Assembly: GCA_031370645.1 (NCBI GenBank) | Contig: JANMQV010000215.1 | Location: forward strand, 1-40,491 | Source: Candidatus Eiseniibacteriota bacterium | GTDB lineage: Bacteria > Eisenbacteria > RBG-16-71-46 > SZUA-252 | Direction: 5' to 3' | Length of the DNA stretch: 40,491 nucleotides | Part shown: positions 21,234 through 30,887 of the stretch, in pieces | Numbering within the stretch: position 1 is the first letter of the stretch | How the letters are laid out: each line of letters starts with the position of its first letter | Notes under the pieces: generated by a model | Databases searched by the model: none | Told to the model about the DNA's origin: nothing | The model's input: only the letters and a program-made list of their open reading frames with translations | Translations under genes and position numbers: made by a program

Positions 21234-22640
21234 TTACCGTCCGACTTCGAGCGTCCCTCGAATGGCGGCGATCCGCTTCAACCGCTCGATGAGACTCTGC
21301 CGCGAAATCCCGAGCACCTTGGCCGCCTGCGAGCGATTCCCGCTCGTCGCTTCGAGCACCTTCAAGATGTGCTCCTGCTCGATCTCCGACAGCGTGGGGA
21401 GATTGATGTCGTTCTCCCCGCGCGCCACCATCGCGTCCCGGAGCGCGCGTGGCACCGACTCGTACTGGGCGATCATCTCGGCCGGCAGGTAGTCCTCCCG
21501 CAGCCTCTCGTCGTCCTCCAGCAGCACGACCCGCTCCAGCAAATTCCGCAACTCCCGGACGTTCCCCGGCCAGCGGTAGACGCGGACGATTGCCTCCACG
21601 TCGTCCGTCATCCCGACGAAGCGCTTCCGGAACTTCTCGCTGTAGTAGTGGAGGAAGTGCCGCATGAGGAGCAGAACGTCGTCGCCCCGCTCGCGGAGCG
21701 GCGGCATGACGACCGAGACGACCTTGAGCCGGTAATAGAGATCGTGCCGGAAGCGCCCCTCGCGGACCGCCGTTTCGAGGTCGCGGTTCGTCGCGGCGAC
21801 GATCCGAAGTTCGACCGAGAGGTCGGCCGCGCCGCCGACGCGCTTGAAGGTCCGATCCTCGATGAAGCGGAGGAGTTTCGCCTGGGTGTTGACCGGCAGA
21901 TCGCCGACTTCATCGAGGAAGAGTGTTCCCTGATCGGCGAGCTCCACGAGGCCCCGCTTCGGCTCCCGCGCGTCGGTGAAGGCGCCGCGCTCGTGTCCGA
22001 AAAGCTCGTTCTCCAGCAACTGTTCCTGGAACGTGGAGCAGTTGAGCGCGAGGAACGGGGCGTCCCGCCGCGCACTCTCGAAGTGGAGCGCCCGGGCGAC
22101 GAGTTCCTTGCCGGTGCCGCTCTCCCCCTCGATCAGCACGGTCGTCGCCTCGCTTTGCGCGACCTTGTAGGTGATCTCCCAGGCGCGGCGGATCGCGGGC
22201 GACTCACCGACGATCTTCGTCTTCAAGAACGCCTCGAGTTCCGTGCGCCGGAAGGCATCGAGCTGCGTCTCGCGAATGAGCCCCGCCTTCAGCCGCTCCA
22301 TCGCGAGGAGCATCTCGTGCATCTCGTAGGGCTTCTTGAGGAAGTCGGTCGCCCCTTGGCGCATCGCCTCGACCGCCGTGGGGAGGTCTCCAAAAGCCGT
22401 GATCACCACGACCTTCAGGTCGGGGGCAAGCGTCTTCAGGCGCGGGAGGAGTTCGAGGCCGCTCCCATCGGGGAAGCGAAGGTCGAGGATCAGCGCGTGA
22501 GGAGGATCGCGGCGGACCGAGTCGAGCACTTCGGCCGCGGTGCCGACCGCATCCACGTCGTACCCCTCGGCGCTCAGGACCTTCACGAGCGACTTCCGAA
22601 TCAGTTCTTCGTCGTCGGCGATCCGGACGCGGAGCTTCAT
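21234..22640 (-). CDS. NtrC-family sigma54-dependent response regulator (REC-AAA+-HTH)
   Basis: GESGTGKE, ELFGHERGAFTDA, LFLDEVG, WPGNVREL, C-terminal Fis-type HTH. Confidence 0.96.
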   Translation of the reverse strand: MKLRVRIADDEELIRKSLVKVLSAEGYDVDAVGTAAEVLDSVRRDPPHALILDLRFPDGSGLELLPRLKTLAPDLKVVVITAFGDLPTAVEAMRQGATDFLKKPYEMHEMLLAMERLKAGLIRETQLDAFRRTELEAFLKTKIVGESPAIRRAWEITYKVAQSEATTVLIEGESGTGKELVARALHFESARRDAPFLALNCSTFQEQLLENELFGHERGAFTDAREPKRGLVELADQGTLFLDEVGDLPVNTQAKLLRFIEDRTFKRVGGAADLSVELRIVAATNRDLETAVREGRFRHDLYYRLKVVSVVMPPLRERGDDVLLLMRHFLHYYSEKFRKRFVGMTDDVEAIVRVYRWPGNVRELRNLLERVVLLEDDERLREDYLPAEMIAQYESVPRALRDAMVARGENDINLPTLSEIEQEHILKVLEATSGNRSQAAKVLGISRQSLIERLKRIAAIRGTLEVGR

Positions 22641-22643
22641 GCG

Positions 22644-23747
22644 TTACTTCTCCCGCTCGTCGCGCGCTTCTTCCGACTCCGGAGGAGCGAGGAGCGCGGG
22701 GAGGCTGAACTTGAACGCCGCCCCCTGCGTGAGATTCCGCGCGGTCAGATTTCCGCCGTGCTCGCGCGCAATCTGCTGCGAGATGGAGAGCCCGAGCCCC
22801 GTTCCCATGGAGCGGGTCGTGAAGAAGGGATCGAAGATCTTCTCCTTCACGTCCTCCGGAATCCCCGGTCCCGAGTCCGCCACGATCACGTCGACGTAGG
22901 CCTTCGTGGAGCGCGTTCGCCGGAGACCCGTGCTGATCCGGAGCGTTCCCCCTTGCGGCATCGCCTGGATGGCGTTGATAACCAGGTTCAAGACCACTTG
23001 GTGCGCCATGTCGGGGTCGACCGCCACGGGTGGGAGCCCCTCGTCGAAGTCGGGTTCCACCTCCACGCCCGAGTCCTTCAGCCGGCGGCCGAGATTGTCG
23101 AGCGCCTTCGCGACCACCTCGTGCATGTCGGTCGGGGTCGGCTTCGCGGCCTGGGGGCGCGCGAACAAAAGAAGGTCGGTGATGATCTGCTCGATCCGGT
23201 CGAGTTCCTTGAGAACATCTTGAAGATCGTCGCGGCGAGAGTCGCCGGCCCGGAGTTTCGAGGCGACGAACTGGACGGTGGTCCGAACACCGGTGAGTGG
23301 ATTTCGAATCTCGTGCGCGACGCGCGCCGAGAGTTCGCCGAGCGAGATGAGGCGCTCGGTATTTCGGAAGATTTCCTCTTCGGAGTCGGCGTCGACCAAG
23401 TCCTCGATGCGGACGAGGAGAGCGCCGTCGTCGCCGAGCGAGGAGGCGGAGTAGCGCATCAAGACCTCGCGGTCCCCCACCTTGCCGCGCACCTCTCGCG
23501 TGGAGCGTCCCGGTTCTCCCTTCGAGCCGCGCTCCGGCAGATACCAGCGCTCCGTCTCCGGCTCGAAGATCTCGCCGAGGGGCTTCCCCACGACATCATC
23601 GGCGGCCACGCCCCACCCTTTGGCGAGCGTCTCGTTGACCGCGACGATGCGCCGGTCCTCGTCGATCACGAGGAGCCCCGTGTCGAGCGCGTCGAGCACG
23701 CGAACCAGGGAGTCGCGAGCGACGTCAGGGGCTTCTGCGCGCGTCAT
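22644..23747 (-). CDS. Cytoplasmic PAS-domain histidine kinase (NtrB-like)
   Basis: N-terminal PAS-like segment, AHEIRNPL, NLVINAIQA, DSGPGI, FDPFFTT, GTGLGL; no TM segment; GGAGGT SD. Confidence 0.94.
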   Translation of the reverse strand: MTRAEAPDVARDSLVRVLDALDTGLLVIDEDRRIVAVNETLAKGWGVAADDVVGKPLGEIFEPETERWYLPERGSKGEPGRSTREVRGKVGDREVLMRYSASSLGDDGALLVRIEDLVDADSEEEIFRNTERLISLGELSARVAHEIRNPLTGVRTTVQFVASKLRAGDSRRDDLQDVLKELDRIEQIITDLLLFARPQAAKPTPTDMHEVVAKALDNLGRRLKDSGVEVEPDFDEGLPPVAVDPDMAHQVVLNLVINAIQAMPQGGTLRISTGLRRTRSTKAYVDVIVADSGPGIPEDVKEKIFDPFFTTRSMGTGLGLSISQQIAREHGGNLTARNLTQGAAFKFSLPALLAPPESEEARDEREK

Positions 23748-23891
23748 CGGTACCTCCAGACAGTCGGAATTCGGCTGACCTCGTGAAGTTGCCTCCCGGG
23801 GGCGAGCGCGTCAACGGCAAATTGGCTTGGCGTAGCGGTTTCCCGCTTTCGAGCGGGCCCCGCGAGGGGTTCCGCCGAAAACCCGCGCCTC

Positions 23892-23921
23892 TTGCGCACG
23901 GGGGGCGCCCCTTGGTAATCT
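23892..23921 (+). promoter_or_regulatory. Putative sigma70 promoter of SurA/PpiD-like gene
   Basis: TTGCGC-18 bp-TAATCT with TGn extension. Confidence 0.45.
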
Positions 23922-24004
23922 TGACGGCTGACTGGCTTTCGCGCGGCGCCTGCGAGGGCGCCGTTCCTATCTATCTCTTCGAACGATACCGAGGTGTATT
24001 CGTC

Positions 24005-25831
24005 ATGATGCAGGGCCTTCGCGACAACATGAAGATCATCATCTGGATCACGGCGGTCGTGTTCCTGGTGGGCTTCGGCATTCTCGAGCTCGGCGGCGTG
24101 ATGGACTTCCGGAACGCCGGCAAGTCCTCCGCGGGTCCGGCCGGCGTGATCGCCGAGATCAACGGGCAGCCGGTTCGCTACGATTTCTTCCAGCAGACCT
24201 ACAATCAGATGATCGCCGAACTTCGCCAGACGCGGGAGATGCGCGAGGGCGGAGACGCCTACGTGCGCGAGCAGGCCTGGCAGCAGATCGTGCGGAACAC
24301 ACTCCTCGAGCAAGAGGCGAAGCGCCGCGGCATCAAGTCGAGCCCCGAGGAGATCAAGAGCGCCATCCGCTACTCGCCGCCCCAGTTCATCGTGCAGTCG
24401 CAGGCGTTCAACACGAACGGCCAGTTCGACTACCGGAAGTACCTGGCCGAGCTGGACAATCCCAACTCGCAGGTTCCGTGGGCGCAGGTGGAGGCTCTCG
24501 TCGCCTCGCAGTTGCCGCTCCAGAAACTGCAGGAGGAAGTCATCGCCGGCGCGAAGGTGTCGGACGGCGACGTCCGCGACCGGTTCCTCCTCCAGAACGA
24601 GCGGCTCACGCTCAACTACGTTCGCTTCGCGCCCGACTCCTTCCCGGTCGACACCTCGAAGGTAGGCGGCGCCGACATCGAGTCCTACTACAAGGCGCAC
24701 CCCGACGAGTTCTCCGGCCCCGAGGAGGCGAAGGTCCAGGTGGCGCTCGTGCCGCGTTTGCCCGACGAGAGCGACTTCTCCGCGGGCCGCGAGCGGCTCC
24801 GTCCGATCCTCGACGAATTGAAGGCTTCGCCCGACTCCTTCGAGGCGCGCGCCAGGATCTACTCGGAAATTTCCTCGAACGTGAAGGGCGGCGCGATCAT
24901 GGCGCCGACCCCGTTCGACGATATGCGTCCGATCTTCCGCACGGGGCTCGCCAACGTCGCTCCCGGCCACCTCTCGGAGATTCTCCAGGAAGAGCGCTCG
25001 CTCCACATCTTCCGTGTCGATTCGCGCCAGATGGATCCGGTGCGGAAGAAGGAGATGATCCTCTACCACGAACTCGCGATCCGGATTCAGCCGGGTCCAA
25101 ACGCCGTTCGCGCCGCTCTCGACAAGGCGAAGGCGTTCGTGAAGGACGCGGAGAAGGGCCAGCTTGCTTCCGCGGCCACGAAGTACGGCTATCGCACCCT
25201 CGAGTCGGGCTACTTCGCGTCGGGCAAGAGCCAGAACGAAGTCTTCCAGCGCTTCCCCGACCTCGAGACCTGGGTCTTCACCGGGAGCATGCACTCCGTC
25301 TCGCGGCCGATTCCGTCGGAGACGGGCTGGTACGTCTATCAGATTCTCGACCGCCGGAAGGCGGGGGTGCGGCCGTTGGAGCAAGTGTCGGCCGACGTGA
25401 AGAAGGCGGTCGTTCGCTCGCTCAAGATGCAGCGCGCCAGTGCCGCCGCCGAGCAGGCGCGCACCGCGATTCTCTCCGGCGCCAAGGAAGACGAAGTCGC
25501 CAAGCGCTTCAACGGAACGACAGGGAACGCCGACGGCATCACGCGAAACGGCTTCATCGGAGTGCTCGGCCAGGATGCCAAGATGGTGGGGCGGCTCATG
25601 TCCCTGCCGCCCGGTTCGTGGGCGCCGGTGCTCACCGGGGTTCCGGGCGCGGTCCTCTTCAAGATCACCGGGCACCAGCAGCCGAACGAAGCGGAGTTCC
25701 AGAAGTCGGCCACCCAGTTGCGCGAGAACCTCATGCAGGAGCGTCGCCAGGTGCTCTTCGTCGAGTGGATGGACCAGCTCCGCCGGGCGGCGAAGGTGAA
25801 GGATTACCGGGAGAACTACTTCGACAGTTGA
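24005..25831 (+). CDS. Membrane-anchored SurA-N/PpiD-like periplasmic chaperone
   Basis: MMQGLRDNMKIIIWI..TM helix, IAEINGQPV, NGQFD..KY, degenerate parvulin-like region, KVKDYR end; GAGGTG SD at true start 24005. Confidence 0.85.
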   Translation: MMQGLRDNMKIIIWITAVVFLVGFGILELGGVMDFRNAGKSSAGPAGVIAEINGQPVRYDFFQQTYNQMIAELRQTREMREGGDAYVREQAWQQIVRNTLLEQEAKRRGIKSSPEEIKSAIRYSPPQFIVQSQAFNTNGQFDYRKYLAELDNPNSQVPWAQVEALVASQLPLQKLQEEVIAGAKVSDGDVRDRFLLQNERLTLNYVRFAPDSFPVDTSKVGGADIESYYKAHPDEFSGPEEAKVQVALVPRLPDESDFSAGRERLRPILDELKASPDSFEARARIYSEISSNVKGGAIMAPTPFDDMRPIFRTGLANVAPGHLSEILQEERSLHIFRVDSRQMDPVRKKEMILYHELAIRIQPGPNAVRAALDKAKAFVKDAEKGQLASAATKYGYRTLESGYFASGKSQNEVFQRFPDLETWVFTGSMHSVSRPIPSETGWYVYQILDRRKAGVRPLEQVSADVKKAVVRSLKMQRASAAAEQARTAILSGAKEDEVAKRFNGTTGNADGITRNGFIGVLGQDAKMVGRLMSLPPGSWAPVLTGVPGAVLFKITGHQQPNEAEFQKSATQLRENLMQERRQVLFVEWMDQLRRAAKVKDYRENYFDS

Positions 25832-25858
25832 TCGGTGCCGGGCTCGCACGGTAATCGA

Positions 25859-25895
25859 AACGAGGCGCCGCGGAGAAAGTCCACGGCGCCTCGTT
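25859..25895. terminator. Hairpin between convergent genes
   Basis: AACGAGGCGCCG...CGGCGCCTCGTT 12-bp stem followed by T-rich bases on +. Confidence 0.7.
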
Positions 25896-25962
25896 CTTGT
25901 TCCGTGTTCCACCCCGATCGGCGGTACACGTTTTCATCCATCCCGCACGTCGTCCTACCGAG

Positions 25963-26169
25963 CTATGACTTCCGCGTTTCGTCGCCGCCCGGAGGAGCGC
26001 TCGGCTTGTCGCTGGTCGTCAGCTCGGTCTCGACTTCCTTCATCCCCTTCTTGAACTCCTGAATTCCCTTTCCGATCGAACGTCCGATCTCCGGGATCCG
26101 CTTGGCCCCGAAGAGAAAGAGCACGATCAGGAAAATCCAGAAGAGTTCCTGGGGACCGACATTGAACAT
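25963..26169 (-). CDS. tatA: Twin-arginine translocase TatA/TatE
   Basis: TM helix, FGAKRIPEIGRSIGKGIQEFKKG. Confidence 0.95.
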   Translation of the reverse strand: MFNVGPQELFWIFLIVLFLFGAKRIPEIGRSIGKGIQEFKKGMKEVETELTTSDKPSAPPGGDETRKS

Positions 26170-26212
26170 CGCTACGCCTCGCTAGCCGAGCCCGATGAGG
26201 GCTCCGTGGTGG

Positions 26213-26635
26213 TTACCGCGGCTGCGTCCACCGCCGCGCGTCTCGGCCCACGATGACCGTGACGTCGATCATTTCCTGGGCCCGGATCTGCTGGACGAGA
26301 TGGCGGGTACCCAGGTAGTCCGCCACGATGCTGCCCGGCTCGGGTGACTCGGTCCGATTCACCACGAGCGTATTGCGATAGTCGGCACGGTCGGCGTTGC
26401 TCACCACGAGCACGTCGAATCCGCCGTCCCTCAAGTACGACGCCAGTTCGCCCGCCAATCCCGAGCGGCCGCTGCCGTTCAGAAGCTCGATTCGAATCGG
26501 CCGCTTCGGACGTCCCACCGACTGCGGTCCCACACGGAGCGCGGTCGACACGACGAGCGCCGCGACGACGACGAACAAGAAGGCGAGCGTGACGTCGAGA
26601 GCGCGAGCGCCGCCGCCAGCCGATTTCTTCGCCAT
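26213..26635 (-). CDS. Membrane-anchored LytR C-terminal domain protein
   Basis: TM helix then ELLNGSGRSGLA, V.NAD, DVTVIVGRD. Confidence 0.85.
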   Translation of the reverse strand: MAKKSAGGGARALDVTLAFLFVVVAALVVSTALRVGPQSVGRPKRPIRIELLNGSGRSGLAGELASYLRDGGFDVLVVSNADRADYRNTLVVNRTESPEPGSIVADYLGTRHLVQQIRAQEMIDVTVIVGRDARRWTQPR

Positions 26636-26653
26636 CGTTTCGCCGGCCGGCCG

Positions 26654-27181
26654 CTAGCGGCGACGCGTCGCGCCCCGCGCCGCTTCCGCGTCGAGGGCCC
26701 GGCGCACGCGCGCGTAGGTCCGATGTAGCGCCTCCGGCAGCACCTTCGTATCCGCCGTCACCGGCATGAAGTTGGTGTCGCCGTTCCATCGCGGCACGAC
26801 GTGCCAATGAAGGTGCCCCAGCACGCCCGCGCCCGCCACCCGCCCCAAGTTCATGCCGAAATTGAGGCCGTGCGGCTTGTACTCCTTCCGGAGCGCCCGC
26901 TCCACCCGGGCGAGCCAGAGCCCGAGGTCGAGCGTTTCGGCCTCCGTCAGGCCCGCCAAGGAAGCATGGTGCTTCCGCGGCGCCACGAGGACGTGCCCTA
27001 CATTATAAGGGTAGAGGTTCAACATGACGACCACCAAGGGGGAGACGCGGAGAACGAGGCTTTTCGCGGAGGGGCGCGCGGCGCCCTGCCGGCAGAAGAG
27101 GCAGGGCTCCTTCCTTCCTGACCTCGGCTTGATCGCCTTCTGAATGTAGGCCATGCGCCAGCCTGCCCAGAGACGGTTCAT
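26654..27181 (-). CDS. HIT family protein (Ap4A phosphorylase/FHIT-like)
   Basis: LWAGWRMAYI, CLFC, NLYPYNVGH, AGAGV..HLHWHVVPRW.GDTNF; ATGA-coupled start. Confidence 0.92.
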   Translation of the reverse strand: MNRLWAGWRMAYIQKAIKPRSGRKEPCLFCRQGAARPSAKSLVLRVSPLVVVMLNLYPYNVGHVLVAPRKHHASLAGLTEAETLDLGLWLARVERALRKEYKPHGLNFGMNLGRVAGAGVLGHLHWHVVPRWNGDTNFMPVTADTKVLPEALHRTYARVRRALDAEAARGATRRR

Positions 27182-27978
27182 CGCCCCGGGCTCCCCGGCG
27201 AAGCGGATTGTCCGCTGGGGGCTACCCCGGCCGCGGTTAGTTCGCGTTCCGCATCGGCGAGCTGCTGCGTCGTGTTTACCCCCAACAGTTCGCTCTCGTG
27301 CGTGGCCGGCTCGATCCCGACGCCGAGGCCCCTTTCGCGCATGTGGGAGAGCGTGTCGGTGAGGTAGTACTCCTTCTGCCGATTGTCCGTGCGGAGCGAG
27401 GCGAGCGCCTCCTCGAGAGGGGCAAGATCGAAGCAGTAGATGCCCGAATTCACCTCGGCGACGGCTCGCTCCGCCTCGGTCGCATCCTTCTCCTCCACGA
27501 TCTTCAGAAATCGATCGGAAGCGTCGCGGATGACTCGGCCGTAGCCGGAGGGATCCGCGAGAATTCCGCTCAGAAACGTGACGCCGTTCCCCTCGGCGGC
27601 GTGCCGCTCGAGGAGCCGGCGGAGCGTCACCGTCCGGACGAGCGGCATGTCGCCCGCCAGAACCAGCACGCGATCGCCGCCCGTTTCCGCGGCCGCCGCG
27701 GCGATCTCGCCCCACGCCACCTGCACCGCGTGGCCGGTGCCGAGCTGCGGACTCTGCGTCACGAAGCGCACGCCACGCGGAGAGCAGGAGGCGCGAACCA
27801 ACTCTTCCCTGTGCCCGACCACGAGAATGACGCGCGCGGGATGGAGCGGATCGAGGCGGTCAAGCACGTGGTGAACGAGCGGCGTGCCGAGCGCCGGATG
27901 GAGCACCTTAGGGAGATCGGAGTTCATCCGTTTCCCCATTCCCGCGGCCAGCACGACGGCCTGAAAGGTAGGAATCAT
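27178..27978 (-). CDS. UDP-GlcNAc pyrophosphorylase, GlmU N-terminal domain only
   Basis: LAAGMGKRMNSDLPKVLH, QLGTGHAV, GDMPL, GYGRVIR, IVEEKDA, EVNSGIY, EYYLTD, GVN; no hexapeptide domain. Confidence 0.9.
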   Translation of the reverse strand: MIPTFQAVVLAAGMGKRMNSDLPKVLHPALGTPLVHHVLDRLDPLHPARVILVVGHREELVRASCSPRGVRFVTQSPQLGTGHAVQVAWGEIAAAAAETGGDRVLVLAGDMPLVRTVTLRRLLERHAAEGNGVTFLSGILADPSGYGRVIRDASDRFLKIVEEKDATEAERAVAEVNSGIYCFDLAPLEEALASLRTDNRQKEYYLTDTLSHMRERGLGVGIEPATHESELLGVNTTQQLADAERELTAAGVAPSGQSASPGSPGR

Positions 27979-28838
27979 CGTCTCCCTCGCGGGGGGGTGA
28001 TCCATCGGTTATCGAGGAGGCGCGTCTTCCCGACCCGGATCGCGGCCAAGAGGAGGGCGCGGCCATTCAGTCGCGCGACCGGCTCCAGGGTTCGCGGATC
28101 GACGAGCGAGACGTAATCGATCGCGTCGGGCTTGACGTACCGGCGGAGCCGCTGCTTCACCTCGCGCTCCAGCCGCCGGGCGTCCCGCGTCCCACGCCGC
28201 GCGAGCGCGCGGGCCACAAGGAGCGCGCGCGGAAATCCGGAGGCCCGCGCTCGGTCCGCCTCGCTCAGGTAGGCGTTTCGCGACGACATGGCGAGCCCGT
28301 CGCGTTCTCGAACGATCGGCGCCACAGCGAGACGCGCCGGGAGATCGAGGTCACGCATCATGGCGCCGACGACGGCCGCCTGCTGCGCGTCCTTCTGCCC
28401 CAAATAGAGCGTATCGGGCTCCACCATGTTCAAGAGTTTCAGGACGACGGTCGAGACGCCGTCGAAGTGCCCTGGTCGAATGGCCCCCTCCCATCGCGCC
28501 GCGAGCGGCCCCGCGGTCACGGAGGTCTGGAATCCCTCCGGGTAGACGGCGCGGGCCGTCGGAAGGTAGAACCAATCGCACCCCGCGCTCCGACTGAGCC
28601 GGGCGTCGCGGCGGACATCGCGAGGGTAGCGGCGGTAATCCTCGCGAGGACCGAACTGGAGCGGATTCACGAAGACGCTCACAACCACTCGGTCGTGCTC
28701 CCGGCGGGCGCGGCGGACGAGCGAGAGGTGACCGTCGTGGAGCGCCCCCATGGTCGGCACGAATCCCACCGTCTTTCCGCGCCGGCGCGCGGCGCGAACG
28801 AGCGCGCGCATCGCGGCGGGGCGCCGAACGATGATCAC
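27975..28838 (-). CDS. panC: Pantoate--beta-alanine ligase
   Basis: FVPTMGALHDGH, FVNPLQF, RPGHFDGV, GQKDAQQ, GLAMSSRN, RLLDN. Confidence 0.96.
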   Translation of the reverse strand: MIIVRRPAAMRALVRAARRRGKTVGFVPTMGALHDGHLSLVRRARREHDRVVVSVFVNPLQFGPREDYRRYPRDVRRDARLSRSAGCDWFYLPTARAVYPEGFQTSVTAGPLAARWEGAIRPGHFDGVSTVVLKLLNMVEPDTLYLGQKDAQQAAVVGAMMRDLDLPARLAVAPIVRERDGLAMSSRNAYLSEADRARASGFPRALLVARALARRGTRDARRLEREVKQRLRRYVKPDAIDYVSLVDPRTLEPVARLNGRALLLAAIRVGKTRLLDNRWITPPRGRR

Positions 28839-29695
28839 GTGGCCGGCTCGGCCTTTGGCGTCGCCGGTGCGGCCGCATACGACTCCGCCTCGCTCGGATA
28901 GCGCCCCGTCCGGACGTCCTCGCCGAACGCGCGGAGCGCCTCTCGCATCGTGCCGGCGACATCGGCGTAGCGGCGAACGAAACGCGCCGGCTTTCCGAAC
29001 GTGAATCCGATGAGATCGTGGAGCACCAACACCTGCCCGTCGCAATCGGGGCCGGCGCCGATCCCGATCGTCGGGATCTTGAGCGTGCGGCTCACCTCCG
29101 CGCCGAGTTCGAGCGGGATCCCTTCCAGCACAATCGCGAAGCAGCCGACGCGCTCCAGGAGAAGCGCGTCCTCGAGGAGCATGTCGGCCGCTTCCCGTCC
29201 CCGCGCCTGCACGCGGTAGCCGCCCATTTGATGGACTGATTGCGGCGTCAGCCCAAGGTGCCCGAGCACGGGAATGTCGGCGTGGAGGATCGCCTCGATC
29301 TGGGCGAGCATGCGGCGGCCCCCTTCCAGTTTGACCGCTTCGGCGCCGCGCTTCAGGAACCGCCCGCTGTTTCGCACCGCGTCGGCCGCGCTCGCCTGGA
29401 ACGAATTGAAGGGGAGGTCGGCGACGAGGAGGGCTCGGGGGCGCGCGCGGGCGACGGCGCGAACATGGTGCGACATTTCCGCCATGGTGACCGGGATCGT
29501 GGAATCGTAACCGAGGACCACCATTCCGACCGAATCGCCCACGAGGATGAGATCGACCCCCGCCTCGTCGGCAATCACGGCCGACGGATAGTCGTAGGCG
29601 GTCGTCGAGACGATCTTCACGCCGCGTTCCTTCATCTCCCGGAGCGTGCGGACGGTCACCTTCGAACGCTGGTTCGGTTCTCCGCCATAGGTCAC
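28835..29695 (-). CDS. panB: 3-methyl-2-oxobutanoate hydroxymethyltransferase
   Basis: TAYD, LVGDS, VKLEGG, GHLGLTPQS, IGIGAG..CDGQVLV; GTGA-coupled start. Confidence 0.96.
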   Translation of the reverse strand: MTYGGEPNQRSKVTVRTLREMKERGVKIVSTTAYDYPSAVIADEAGVDLILVGDSVGMVVLGYDSTIPVTMAEMSHHVRAVARARPRALLVADLPFNSFQASAADAVRNSGRFLKRGAEAVKLEGGRRMLAQIEAILHADIPVLGHLGLTPQSVHQMGGYRVQARGREAADMLLEDALLLERVGCFAIVLEGIPLELGAEVSRTLKIPTIGIGAGPDCDGQVLVLHDLIGFTFGKPARFVRRYADVAGTMREALRAFGEDVRTGRYPSEAESYAAAPATPKAEPAT

Positions 29696-30348
29696 GAAGC
29701 GCCTCCCGGTTCGGCGCCGGGGGTCACGTACGCGACCCCCTCGTGGTGCGCCTCCATTCGCGCGATCAGCTCTTCCAGGTCCGCGCGGCGATCGACGAAG
29801 TTCAGTTCGTTCGTGTTCACGATCAGGAGCGGCGCGTCCTTGTAGTGGAAGAAGAAGTAATTGTACGCCTCCGCGAGCGTGGCCGTGTACTTGGGATCCA
29901 TGGCCCGCTCGTACGCCCGTCCTCGCTGCTGGATACGCGACCAGATGATCTCGGGACTCGCCTGGAGGTACACCACCAGGTCGGGCGCCGGAATCTCGCG
30001 CTCGAGGAGCGACGCCACCGACTCGTAGAGCGCGAGTTCCTGGTCGCTCAGATTCAAATTCGCGAAGACCCGGTCTTTCTGGAACAGATAGTCGCTCACG
30101 ACCCCATTGTGGAAGAGGTCCGGCTGGCGGAGATCTTTGAGTTCGTGATAGCGGCTCACGAGAAAGAACATCTGCGCGGGAAACGAGAAGCGGCGTTGAT
30201 CCTTGTAGAAGTTTTCCAAGAACGGATTCGCGTCGGGCGCCTCGAGAAGGAGGCGCGCGCCGGTCCGCTCGGCGAGGAGGCGAGCGAGGCTCGTCTTTCC
30301 GACGCCGATCACCCCTTCGATCGCGATGTGTTTGCCGCGGAGGTCCAT
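29692..30348 (-). CDS. Deoxynucleoside kinase family protein
   Basis: IAIEGVIGVGKTSL, NPFL..FY, Q.FFL.SR, PDLVVYL, RGR.YE. Confidence 0.92.
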   Translation of the reverse strand: MDLRGKHIAIEGVIGVGKTSLARLLAERTGARLLLEAPDANPFLENFYKDQRRFSFPAQMFFLVSRYHELKDLRQPDLFHNGVVSDYLFQKDRVFANLNLSDQELALYESVASLLEREIPAPDLVVYLQASPEIIWSRIQQRGRAYERAMDPKYTATLAEAYNYFFFHYKDAPLLIVNTNELNFVDRRADLEELIARMEAHHEGVAYVTPGAEPGGAS

Positions 30349-30383
30349 CAGGTCTTGTCCACCGTGCGGGGCGCGGCCCGGCG

Positions 30384-30887
30384 CTAGGTCCAGAGCCGGC
30401 CGCCCTTGCGAACGCCGGATTCCTTGGGAAGGCGAAGACGGATCGCCGCAATCGTCTCGCCCAGCGTCGGGTGAACGAAGTCGGGCTCCAATTCGGCGAG
30501 CGGGGTGAGAACGAACGCGCGAAGATGCGCCTCCGGATGCGGCACTTGAAGCCCCGGCTCCTCGATCACCTGATCACCGAAGAAGAGGAGGTCCAGGTCG
30601 ATCGTGCGAGGCCCCCACTTCTTCACCTTCGCGCGAATTCGCCCCAGTCGCTGCTCCACGAGGAGGAGATTCCAGAGGAGTTCGCCGGCCGTCAGCTCGG
30701 TCGCGACGCAGGCGACGGCGTTCAAGAAGCGCGGCTGCTCCACGTCGCCGACGGGCTCCGTTTCGTACACCGAGGAGACACGGGTGAGGCTCGTGCGCGG
30801 CAGTTTGCCGAGTTCCTCCACCGCGCGGAGGATGTGCGCCTCGCGCTCTCCCAGGTTCGAGCCGAGCCCGATGAATGCTTTCGTCAT
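30384..30887 (-). CDS. folK: 2-amino-4-hydroxy-6-hydroxymethyldihydropteridine diphosphokinase
   Basis: IGLGSNLG, YETEP, FLNAV, WGPRTIDLDLL, VPHP, RAFVL.PL. Confidence 0.96.
   Translation of the reverse strand: MTKAFIGLGSNLGEREAHILRAVEELGKLPRTSLTRVSSVYETEPVGDVEQPRFLNAVACVATELTAGELLWNLLLVEQRLGRIRAKVKKWGPRTIDLDLLFFGDQVIEEPGLQVPHPEAHLRAFVLTPLAELEPDFVHPTLGETIAAIRLRLPKESGVRKGGRLWT

Noticed and set aside
21970-21987. GAFTDA instead of GAFTGA in the sigma54 activator
   Set aside because: Common natural variant; not evidence of inactivity.
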